Assembly (NCBI RefSeq): GCF_964355755.1
Contig: NC_092676.1
Location: 23,826,871 to 23,890,870 of the forward strand
Length of the DNA stretch: 64,000 nt
Reading direction: 5' to 3'
From: Antedon mediterranea
Lineage: Eukaryota > Animalia > Echinodermata
Shown: piece after piece, positions 13,701 through 25,700 of the stretch
Numbering within the stretch: position 1 is the first letter of the stretch
Layout of the letters: each line of letters begins with the position of its first letter
Made by a program: the position numbers and the translations under genes
The notes under the pieces: model-generated
Databases searched by the model: none
The model's input: the letters and a program-made list of their open reading frames with translations, nothing else
What the model was told of the DNA's origin: nothing

Positions 13701-16700
13701 CATTACATGTTGTTGTTACATAAAGTATGATAGTGTAGACAGAGCTTTACACGAGAACGTACCTTGTAGATCATCAGAACATCGGACACTGGCAGTTTCG
13801 GAGACCAAACAATATCCAGGTCTGCCAATTCCATTATGAAGGCAATCACTAAGTGCTGCCTCGGAACCAACACATTGCATCGACTTAACTATAGGATCTG
13901 CTTCTCCGTGATACGAGCCCGTGTAGACTTCAACGGCAGACCCGTAACCTAACTGTCGACAAGCAACCGTCCCTTCATTGATGTCCCATCCGTCATCACA
14001 AACCGCTCCCCATGCTCCGTTTTTGTCTGCTATCTCCACTCGACCTTCATTGGGAGATGGTCCATTTACTAGTCGAATATCTAGAACAGTATAATAATAA
14101 TATTAGTAACATTTTTCTTCCATTAAAAAAATTAAATTTTACCTCATAAAACCTCGTAAATTAAAATGGAGGCCTATTGTCTGGAAGTCAACGTGGTTTC
14201 TGGTTAAATTGAACCTTATTTTGTCCTTTTTTTTCCAATAGTAAAAACCCATATATTTTTCAATTCACATTTACATACAAACAATTACATATATATCTAT
14301 GATAATTTAAATTTTCGTGGCTCCATTTTTTTCTCCTCTTTAAGACAGTCTTTTATTTCTTCTTTACTTTGTTGACCACAGAACACAATTTATTTCTTTA
14401 CCGGCAAAAAAAGAAAAACAAAATTAAAATTATTAATTTTGCAAAAGTAACTTTCATCTTTTAAACATTTTTAACACTTACTATTAATAAAACAGTTCTC
14501 ATTAAATGTTAGGAAGGGGGAAGTTAATTTAAAGCTCTGTCTACACTATTAAACTTTATGTGACAAATAATGGGATGTGAAGATAATAACATAATAATAA
14601 CAAGATTTTTATAGCGCACATACCACTCAAGAGGGCTCAAGGCGCATTTAAAAAATAAAAAAACAAATCATACAAGTTCCTGACAAATAAAATTCTTTGA
14701 AAGGTCCCCATCCGTTTTCGTTCTGTCGCGGTCCCGGACCCCTACCTAGTTGACCAAACAAAGGAGCTGGATACACATTTGCCTTGCTCAGAGACAACAA
14801 CCAAGACAGAGGCACCCCGGAGATAATGTTGGCCAGGAAAAAGTATTCTATACAATTCTAAGTCTAAAACTTTAGGAAACCTCATGATTTTCATATGCCT
14901 TAATGAATAAATGTGTTTTTAATAATGTTTGTAAAAGTATCAACAGTTTTGCAAAATCTTAAAGAGCTCGGGTAGAGCATTCCATAGACGAGGAGAAGTA
15001 ACGGTGAAAGCTCAGTCTCCCCATGAGTGGTGAGACTTGGGCTGATGTAGAAGCAGCGTATCACTAGAACGCAGATTACGTCCGGGGAACATACAGCCTA
15101 AGCATGTCAGGAGCCATGCCATTTATATACTTTAAAAAAAAAGAGTAATATTTTAAAAACAATGTGGTACCTAACAGGAAGCCAATGCAATATTTCCAAG
15201 GTATTTTATATGTGTCCATATCTTGGTAATTTTTTAACAACTCGTGCCGCTGTATTTTGAATCAGCTGAAGCCTGTGGAGTTGTTTTTGTGGTAGCCCAT
15301 ATAGCAAAGAGTTTCCCATATCCAGTCGTGAAGTGACAAAAGCATGAACAAGTTGTTTAGCTGCTGCCTCATTAATAAACTTGCAAATCCTTCGGATGTT
15401 TCGTACGTAAAAAAAACGCAGAAATGGTTATTGAGATATGAAAAATCATAGTTATATAGTCACATCCATCTCAACCCCAAGATTTCTAACCTGTTTAGCC
15501 GGGTCAATTTGGGTTTCACCAATTTAAATAAAACTTGGTGGCAGTTTTTCCAACTGCTGTTGTGATCCAAAGAGAATATATATATTCTGTTTTTTCATCG
15601 TTTAATTTAAGAAAGTTGTTTTTCATCCAGACACGCAATTCATAGATACAATGTTGGAGCAATTCCAAAGAAATGTCACTGTGTGTCTTTGTAGGTTTAA
15701 AAAAAATATAAAGCTGAGTATCATCAGCATAAACATGATAGTACAGATCATATTTACTACTGATATCCCGTATCGGGTGTAAATAAATTGTAAACAATTG
15801 CGGCCCAAGAACAGATCCCTGTGGTACCGAAAAGTTTAAAAAAGAAGTTTTTGAGATAGCATCACCAATACATACGTGTTGAGGTCTTTTTTTCCAAATA
15901 TTACCGGCACAAATCAAGTGCTTTCCTTCAATACCAATATACGTACTGAGTCTATTTAACAACACAGAATGGTCAACCGTATCAAATGCTGCACTTAAAT
16001 CTAATAATACTAAAGCAGTTAGCTTTCCATCATCCATCGCACGTATGATATCGTTATTTACACGAAGTAATGCCGTTTCAGTACTATGATGCACTTTGTA
16101 GGCAGATTGATACGGATCAAGTAGGCTATGTTTTTGTACATGCGACAATATCCGTTTAGAAACAACCTTCTCAATTATTTTTCCTAAAAAAACTAAGATT
16201 CGAGATAGGTCTGTAGTTTTTCAGAATCTCGTGATCTAGACCTATTTTTTTCAATGTGGGTCGAACATGAGTGAATTTAAGAGACTCTGGGAAAGAACCA
16301 CTTTCAAGAGACTTATTTACAATATGTGTGATTAATTGAATAAATGCAGAAGTATATTTCTTTATCAGTGAAGTTGGCACCGGGTCAAGTGCACACGATT
16401 TTGAGGAATTTTTGAAAATATTTAAAATGTCCTCCTCACTTGCAGGTTCAAACTGAGAAAACTGTATGGACCTAGTTAAATCATAAGATATAGTACATTT
16501 ATCAGAAGCAGTTATAACTTCTGCAGTATTTTCATTTTCTAGTGAATCACGAATTGATATAATTTTAATTACAAAAGCAAGAGCTTCATCTGAGACAGCC
16601 GAAGGAAGGACTGATGACTTGGAGCGATTTAAAAGTTTATTTACTAAATTTAAAAGTTTCTTTTGATCACCTGTGCAGTTACTAACCAGACTAGAGTATA

Positions 16701-18500
16701 ATACCGCGTCTTGGCCTTTTCAATCAGTCCATTTACTACGCATCTTTGGTCACAGTATTCCTGTCTATCCTTAAGAAGCTTTGATTTCATCCACTTACGT
16801 TCAAGTTGACGACGTACTTTCCTTTCAGATCGAATTTCATCTGTATACCACGGTTTAGCTTCCTTTTGCCTAATTGGTTTTTTTTTTTCTGAACTGGTGC
16901 ATGTAAATCAAGTACAGCTCTGAGATCAGAATAGCTTTCTACACTATCTTCAAGAATTACACTTACATCGGTTATATTAGACACACAAGCTTGAATTTCA
17001 TTTGTGAATTTCTCAACATCAATTTGTTTTAGGTTGCGACTTTTTGATGTCATAGAATAGTTGTAATATTCTTGTTGCTTGTGTTTGCAAACATATGCTC
17101 CATAACTCAAAAATTTATTGTAGATGGAGAAGTATCCTATATATTTAAACTTAGAGTTTACGAATTTTCTTTTTCTGTTTGTACGTTTGTTGATATGGAT
17201 GAAATTTCCAAAATAAAAGAAATTGAAAATATCATTACCATATTTGTGCATATAAATATCATATTTGGGTACATCACAATAGTTTGATAGTGTAGACAGA
17301 GCTTTAGATAATGATGTACTGTAATCAGTGAAGTTTATTTATATAAGTTTTAAGCTCTGTCTACACTTTCAAACTTTATGTGACAAAAAGTGTGATGTGC
17401 CCTAATATTGTAGTGATATATATTTTTGTCACATAAAGTTTAGACAGAGTTTTAGAGTACAGTGTGCCTACCTAGTGCCGTATTCCTACAACGAACTCCA
17501 GCAAGTTGAGTACGGTTATAGCAACTTCCAGATATAATTCCAAATCCCCCTGCACCACCGCCATTTGTACATTCGCTCAATGCATTTTCATACCCGTTGC
17601 AGTCGACTCCATCTGTAACCATGCCACTACCTATGCCAAATGTGGCGTATCTTTCGTAGTCGTAACAGCAACGATAATCCAAGTACCTACATGCGACTGA
17701 ACAAGCCTTAAAGTTCCAACCAAATGAACAGATTCCTCCACGGATGCCAAAACGGGCGTCAATTATCAGCTCAACTAGGCCTTCATTAGGTCCATCTCCG
17801 CCCACAAGAACGATTTCTGTACATAAGAGCAAAATCACGGTATCAACAAAATTGTACATTTGTATAACAAAATTAATGCAAAGCCCAAAAGACGTATATT
17901 ACCTACTGTATACAAACAAACAAAAATAGGGCAACAGTGTAAAGCTCTGTCTACACTATCAAACTTTATGTGACAAAAAATGGGATTTTCCCATATATGG
18001 ACATGGTTATATCACTATCATAATGTGGGCATATCACTACCATATTTGGGCACATCACACTTTGTTTTTGTCAAACTAGTTTGATAGTGTAAACGAAGCT
18101 TTATGCAAGAAAAACGAATATAATACAGTAATAGTAATAAAATGTAATTACCTTGTAACTCGGCCATTACAATTTGGTATGCTATGTAAAAACAGTATAC
18201 AGTAAATAGAATGGTCAGATTGCTCAAAAGACCACAAAAATGTTTATAATAAATTAAAATTTATAAATCAAAATGCAAATTACTAAGAAAAATGACGATG
18301 TTGTGGGTATAAGCTGCTGGATCAAAGCTATCAAAACAGTCGGCTTTTTGGGCCCTAACCCTTGTTCGGTGTTAATTAAACTGTGTTAATTAAACTTTCT
18401 TTTTTCTTAAAATATCAATTTATATGTGATATTATTTACCTGAATAGTAAAACGTTGTAAAGACCAAGACAATCTTGAATAAAATCGCATGGAAGTACAT
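7781..18500 (-). CDS. Adhesion GPCR with two SRCR domains, GAIN/GPS and 7TM, copy B (complete, 17 exons, ~725 aa)
   Basis: Exons 18500-18440, 18181-18152, 17816-17472 (SRCR1), 14080-13763 (SRCR2), 13397-13278, 12692-12588, 12395-12344, 12151-12031, 11859-11789, 11619-11508 (GPS), 11034-10919 (TM1), 10801-10696 (TM2), 10302-10085 (TM3-4, [16 protein letters not shown]), 9389-9323 (CWL), 9023-8926, 8323-8155 (GLTWIFG..SFQG), 7849-7781 (TAG). Total 2178 nt, open frame throughout. Confidence 0.92.
13586..13746. mobile_element. MITE family 1 copy specific to aGPCR copy B
   Basis: TIRs plus TTA/TTA flanks; absent from the paralogous intron of C. Confidence 0.85.
13763..14080 (-). CDS. SRCR domain 2 exon, aGPCR copy B
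   Basis: 318-nt phase 1-1 exon, [23 protein letters not shown]. Confidence 0.92.
14580..17045 (-). mobile_element. 5'-truncated, frameshifted non-LTR retrotransposon (L2 clade) with reverse transcriptase
   Basis: RT motifs [52 protein letters not shown]2-type C-terminus [30 protein letters not shown]. 3' end gcgctataaaa..(tta)n. Absent at the paralogous site in copy C (~30305). Confidence 0.93.
17472..17816 (-). CDS. SRCR domain 1 exon, aGPCR copy B
   Basis: 345-nt phase 1-1 exon within ORF 17452..17859. Confidence 0.9.
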
Positions 18501-18629
18501 CGCAAGTACACGCTAGAATGAAAAATGATAAAAGCAGTTTCTAATGTTAGTTTCCACTGTGTCTAAGTGTCTACATAGTTATTTAAACATCTAACACTTT
18601 ATCTGCAGATATGTTAAAATTAGCCAATA

Positions 18630-19399
18630 TGCCTACCTGTGGTACCACCATTACAACCATACCTAACAGTAATGACGTATCCTTAACATTTGAATAGAGT
18701 CATTGGCCTACCTGTGGAGTACCACCGTTAAAACCATGCCTAACAGTAATATATCCCTAACATTTGAGGAGAGTCAATAGGCCTACCTGTGGTACCACCG
18801 TTAAAACCATGCCTAACAGTAATAATTATATCCCTAACAGTTGAAGAGAGTCAATAGGCCTACCTGTGGTACCACCGTTAAAACCATGCCTAACAGTAAT
18901 AATTATATCCCTAACATTTGAGGAGAGTCAATAGGCCTACCTGTGGTACCACCGTTAAAACCATGCCTAACAGTAATATATCCCTAACATTTGAGGAGAG
19001 ACATTGGCCTATCTGTGGAGTACCACCGTTAAAACCATGCCTAACAGTAATACATCCCTAACATTTGAGGAGAGACATTGGCCTACCTGTGGTACCACCG
19101 TTAAAACCATGCCTAACAGTAATATATCCCTAACATTTGAGGAGAGACATTGGCCTATCTGTGGAGTACCACCGTTAAAACCATGCCTAACAGTAATATA
19201 TCCTTAACATTTGAGGAGAGACATTGGCCTACCTGTGGTACCACCGTTAAACCTATGCATTAACAGTAATATATCCCTAACATTTGAGGAGAGACATTGG
19301 CCTATCTGTGGAGTACCACCGTTAAAACCATGCCTAACAGTAATACATCCCTAACATTTGAGAAGAGTCAATATTATTGGCCTACCTGTAGTACCACCG
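18630..19399. repeat. 72-78-bp minisatellite, ~10.5 copies, just upstream of the copy B start codon
   Basis: Unit ggcctacctgtggtaccaccgttaaaaccatgcctaacagtaatatatccctaacatttgaggagagacatt. Confidence 0.95.
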
Positions 19400-19918
19400 A
19401 TATTCACATAAAAAGAAAGTCTTCTCAGCTTCTGGAACCCAACCCAATGAATAAAATGTAATGAAAAATGCAAATCGGTGACCAACTAAAACGTGATATT
19501 GAAAAAAAAGCGTGGAAGATTACTTTTGCAATCTACAATAACACCATCGTCAATTTCTTAATAAACTTATTGATATTATATATTACTCTAAATAATGAAT
19601 TATTAAACAAACCTTTCCACGTTAGCAAAAAATTGTCTACTAACTATATTGAATCCTCGAACCAATGCAATTATTTTAGCATTATCGAGGTTTGCGTCTT
19701 GTCCATTTGAGATTATTCTGGGCATAATAAAATAACATTGCAATAGGATTCTCATTTCTTTTGAATTAATCACATTAGTATATTCGTTTTCAAAATTAAT
19801 GAAAATATACAGTAATACTCGATTTAGATACATTGCAAAATGAGATAATAATTGTATTTCTCAACATGCCAACGCGGAGGAAAGAAGACAAATTCTCTAC
19901 CATGATACTGAATCTGAA

Positions 19919-20417
19919 ATATGGTATAGTCCATCTATGGCATAGTCCATCTATGGTATAGTCCATATATGGCATAGTCCATCTATGGCATAGTCCATCT
20001 ATGGCATAGTCCATCTATGGCATAGTCTATATATGGCATAGTTCATCTATGGCATAGTCCATCTATGGCATAGTCCATCTATGGCATAATCCATCTATGA
20101 CATAGTCCAACTATGGCATAGTCCATCTATGGCATACTGTAGTCCATCTATGGCATAGTCCATATATGGCATAGTCCATCTATGGCATAGTCCGTCTATG
20201 GTATAGTCCATTTATGGCATAGTCCATTTATGGCATGTTCATCTATGGCATAGTCCGTCTATGGCATAGTAAATCTATGACATAGTCCATTTATGGCATA
20301 GTCTATTTGTGGCATTTAGTCCATTTATGACATAGTAAGTCTATGGCATAGTTTATCTATGGCATAGTCCATCTATGGCATAGTCTTCTATGGCACAATC
20401 CATCTATGGCATAGTCC
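19919..20417. repeat. 16-bp minisatellite (ctatggcatagtccat)n, ~31 copies
   Basis: Direct reading; each unit holds the mini-hairpin ctatg-g-catag. Confidence 0.95.
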
Positions 20418-21089
20418 TGTGGCACTGTCATCCAATATCTGTGATGCAGTTTTACATAATTCTGTATCACATGTGGTGCCTGTATTTATGTTAAGGCTTG
20501 GCTGAGGTTAGGCGTATGGCCAATTTTACCGGCGTCCCATGTGATAATATGCGATTATGTATTAAAGAATTTGATACTTTACATATTATAGATACAGTAT
20601 CAAAAATTGGCTACTGCTCTAATCGCAATAAAATGTTTTCAAACTTACTAAAAAAATTATTGTAAAATATGCTTCATGTGCTTTTTCAACGCTTCATTGA
20701 TTGAATACAGGTTTCATTACAATTATACAATCGATTTCTTAATTTTATCTAATAACTACATAAACAAATCGATATGCTATATATCCCAATTCATGATTAA
20801 AAATCTTGCATAATGTTTAATATGTTGTAATAAGTAAATTAACTTGTAAAATTTAATTTAAAATAAAAACATTTAAAAAAAGGTAAAAGGTACTAGTTAC
20901 TACAATTATTGCGTACGGTAAATTTGTCAAATCATTAATTGGTACATACATGCTTTTATTATTGTCTTGTAAACTTACAAATGACAATGATTTTGACCAC
21001 ATAAAATGAATGAATGAATGATCAATTTTCTCTCGTCTTTCAGTTTATTAGTTTATCTCATTTCACATTTATTTAGTCTCATCGTTTTA

Positions 21090-21250
21090 AGCTCTTTTTA
21101 CACTATAAAACTTGATGTGACAAAAACAAATGTGATGTGCCCATAATATGGACATGATGATGTCATATCACTACCATATTTTGGCATATCACTACCATAT
21201 TTGGGCACATCACTTTTTGTCAAAACTAGTTTAATAGTGTAGACAGAGCT
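21090..21250. mobile_element. MITE family 1 copy
   Basis: TIRs plus TTA/TTA flanks. Confidence 0.85.
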
Positions 21251-22782
21251 TTATAGTAGCACTCATACATATCATAGAAGAGAATTTTGTTTTTGAAAGA
21301 AACGAATATGAATAGTCAAGTTATGTATATAAAGCAAATACCAGAATAAACTTCAACCGAAATTGTATTGTATTCCAAACATGATTTACTGCCCTCTCTG
21401 TGTAGAACTTTAAAAGATGTAACATAATGTGTAAGTGTAGTTTTAAGTAATACCACAGTGTCGAAATCATAATCATACAATAACTTGATTATAATTGATT
21501 TATACGACTTAAAAATATTTATATATAAGTAATAGACAAAGTTTCTATTCCAAAATGAAACTGAATTGTGGGTTACACCATGGAGGTAAACATTATAATT
21601 ATTTTATAACTCCTCAAACGTAAATCAATTGTATGTTATAATGTAACTACCTGTACCTTTGATATGCGATATTATGGATCTTTAACTATTTTTAATTTTT
21701 TTCTTTTTAAAGCATAAACATAATATTATTTTGAACGAGCGGTTCAACTAAAGGCCCTATTACTAAGTACAGTGATTGCTACATCTCAACCAATAATTAT
21801 GAGAACAACTTACAAGCATGAGCAAATTTTAATATAAAAATAAATAATTCTAGGCCTATATTTGTGGCCTACCGGTACGTTTCAACAGGATTATTCAAAA
21901 TTATACCATACATTCTAAAAACTTTAAAAAATTTTAAAATGTTATTCTACATGAACTGCTTTGCTTCAGTGAAGTTGTACAAAAATATCTCTGATTGCAC
22001 CGCCGCCCACAATCTTTCACCGTAGATATTCGTCAAAAAGACACCATGCATTATGCTGGCCTACAAGCCTTTGTACAGGCTATTTGACTATCGTGTCGGT
22101 GTAAACTAAACAAAAACTTTCTTTATCTTAAAAAAAAATAAGCGAACAAAAAAATAAGCGAACTAAACCTTAGCGAACAATAATTCATAATTCTGGTTTA
22201 CAATGTTTTGCCCTAAAACTCAACTTAAAACGGTTTTTACTTACTAAAGTCGTTAAAGATGTCGCTCTTTTCTACCTCGGTTGACTTAAATAGTGGACTG
22301 CACCCCAGTCATTTCGTGGGTTTGGTTCAATCGCGATAACATCAAAGGACTAACCAAATTGTAATTGACGAATGGGACACAACGTCTGTGGTATTCAATT
22401 TATGCAACACATCTGATGATGAATTGTACTGTGCTGTATTGTTTTCATTATTGATGCATTTATACGAGGGGTTATTGTTAAGGTTTCAAAGACCGCATCC
22501 CATTTTTACCCTGACGTTTTAAACTATGCAGACCAGTACTGGCAAATGATATGCCTAACTCATGCCTAACCAATCCACCTAGTTTCTTAAGCTTGTACTT
22601 TCCCCTTTTTTTGCGGGACAAATAACCCCTGTGAAAATAATGACAACGTCCTGATTGTTTTATAACTATTAACTAGTGGAGGTATACTCTCATATCTTAT
22701 CAGAAAAAAGACGTGTTTTCTCTATGATCTCAGCTACAAGGAAAAGGCTTCGCCTTTCTAATACATTTCAATTAATATTCTG

Positions 22783-25700
22783 CTATTCCGAAGAGGTATC
22801 AACGCTGTTTGGCATGTGTTGCATTTTGAATTTCTTCCATGCTGATTTTACCTAAAAAGTATACAAATATAAATGCTGTAATTAGCATAAATATTGGTTC
22901 TTGTTCACCTGGGCGTAAAGAAGTATTGGACGTGGCGAAGATCGGTAACTAACAGTATTTCTATGCATTAGTGTGTCTACCTCACTGCCTTCAAGTCACA
23001 TGCTAACTAATGTTTTTCTTATGTAAACCAGCACAAAGTATAGAAAAGAAACATTTGCTTTTATATTACAATATTCTAATTATTCCGGTTGATTTTTCAA
23101 AATATGAGACACGTGAATGGTTAGTTATGTCTTAGCTTTAACTTTTCTCACCTCTTTGCTAAGAAAACACTGTGTAAACCAGATCAAAAATCCTTGAAAA
23201 GACGACGAAAAAACAAACAGGTATTGTAACACGATGCTGTTGTTAAAGAGTAGGAAAATACCGAAGATCCAGGTTAACCCAACTGCTGGTGTCAGAAGAA
23301 GAATTCTATACAACAGCGTTCTAAAATTTAAATAAAAATGTTATGTGTCTCGTCTAGTTATTTAAAATCTCTTTGCTTGCAAATTGTTGCAGTCACTATT
23401 CAGGGAAAAGTGGGACTCGTGTTCCTTGATCAAAGTCATACTTGCAAGATACAGTCAACTTCCTAGACTGATTGAGGCACTCCTAATTCGATCTGGGAAC
23501 TGGGCATCACATCAACTATTAAAATTGTCTAAACAGGCTGAGCGCGAATCATCGATGATGATGGCACTATGGGTTTTTTCCCGAGAGAAACTTAATCGAA
23601 CATTATCTCTTACAGCGTTTATTTATTTATTTTATTTAACCTTATTTTAAAAAGGGGTAACCCTAAACAGCGTATGCGGACAATCAAGGGGCCCTCTTGA
23701 TGAGTTATGATAAGTGTCTGTGTGTAGACTGGACCGACGGTTTATAGTCCTTATCCAAGAAGATCGTTCTACCACCATGGCAAGGTATTACCATGGACCT
23801 ATAAATTTATAGGTCCATGGTATTACGGTTAACCTGTCTTAACCGCTCACTTGCATGCGTTCAATTTGTATTAAAATAGCCATTCGTTGGATTGCTTACT
23901 TTGAGGGAAGAGTATTAGGAATTCTTAACTATACCACTGTTTACTTACCTTATCTGCTGAAGTTTACTTCTCTCATCATCATTTTGAATACTTTGTGACT
24001 TAGTGTACGCAACATACCCTACGACACTCAGTTGAACGGTTACAATCTGAAAGCCAAGTTAACCAGTGTAAATGTAAAGAATATGGTTAGAATATAGAAA
24101 TGTTCCCGCAACTAAAAGTCTCTCTCCTACAGATATTTCTGGCCTCAATGAACTTATACAGCTGTATCTGTAATGCAGATAAAACATATACCACAAACCC
24201 AGGTAAAAGAGACATAATTTAATTAAAAAATGTATGACAGTTATATAATTTATACTATACATTCAGTTAATTGCTATCTATTTTCATACTATAAATAAAA
24301 TTCTTTCTGTTTAAAAATTATAATAAAATAATGTTTACCAATATTGTGAAAATAACGGGACCTATGAATGTCCATGTCACGCCATTACTAGTGTTTAGCC
24401 AACAACTTAAAAAAATAAAAGAAAACTAGTTTCATTACACCTCTCACTAGAAATAAATATATTTATAAATGAATGTGTAGCCGATCGGTTAGTGGCTAGA
24501 ACCGTAGCCCATAGCCTTATGGCAAGGGTTCAGGTTCGAGGCTCACTCATCGCTCCATGGTTATAGCCTAGTACAACCGTCGATACGAGTAGAGGGTTGT
24601 GTACTGTACTAGTACACACATCATGTCGCCGACAGACGAACAATGTTGTTGGCAGCACCGAAAGTTGAAGCATGATAGTAGAAAATCTAAGTCCATAGCG
24701 CATTCAGACGACATGATTTGTAAATAAATAAATTCTATTACGATTAATTATGGAGGCATAACACAGATTCTGTGGTACGTTACGTAGGCATAAAGCTCTA
24801 TTTTGTAAATTTAAACTCTGGTGATAAAAAGTCTTTTCTTATTTCGTGCGATCCTACAGTATGATTCAGGACACATTAACAGGAAAGTCTTATCAGGTCC
24901 ATTTTTTAAAATACCAGGGTAGGGTGTTTAATACCTTTCAGATGCGTAGTGTTTGCCGCCAAAAGAAACGGTAATTATAACCAACAGCAGAGGAAATGCC
25001 CATCCGAATATTCTGAAAAATACAAATCTTCTTTCTGGATCACAAAACGCATGTTGAATACACATGTACATATCTGTAGACAAAATTGCCATCCACGAAA
25101 ACGCCACCAACAGGGAGTAATGCAGACAAGCTGCGATGAGAGAACAGACGACCTGCGATAAACAATCAAAATCTTTAATTCATTGATTTGATTTTGTTTT
25201 TGTACTATGATATCAAGTTAGTTACTATTCATTTAACAAAATAAATATAATATATTGGTTGTGTCTTAAAGAAAATTCATTTATGAGGTAGGGAAGTTGC
25301 TATTTAAATACCCCATCTCCCCCCTTCCTCCAAATCATTTATTCCATTTATTTACAAAGTACAGAACAGACAAATCGTAGAAGGAAGTGGACATTTACTA
25401 AAAAAAAGTGAGTGGTACTGTGTGTAATTTAATGAGTAAATTATAGTGTTATATTATCGACAAATCAAGAACGAGTTTGCAAAGACAAATTTACCAAGAA
25501 AATATAATTTGCTAAGCAAATTAAACTCACCTTGTTTGTTATGTTAAATGACAGAAAAGAAAAACAGAAGTTTGTACATAGCAAAGAAATAACCAAATGC
25601 CTCAACATCCTATACCGTCTGGATTTCCTAAGGTCACTAAAAAAGCAAAGTAAATTTAAAAGCTGTCAAAAATATCTGTTTCGCTGGCGATATTTCAGAT

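Noticed and set aside
15516-16148. Reverse transcriptase as a retron, DGR or domesticated gene
   Set aside because: Motifs and 3' tail are L2-clade LINE; it is frameshifted, 5'-truncated and absent from the paralogous intron.
16787-17251. 154-aa ORF as a gene
   Set aside because: Chimeric read-through from MITE-internal sequence into the truncated LINE 5' end at ~17045.
18630-19399. Regular ~72-bp array as a CRISPR array
   Set aside because: Whole units repeat with no unique spacers, there are no cas genes, and the context is eukaryotic. It is a minisatellite.
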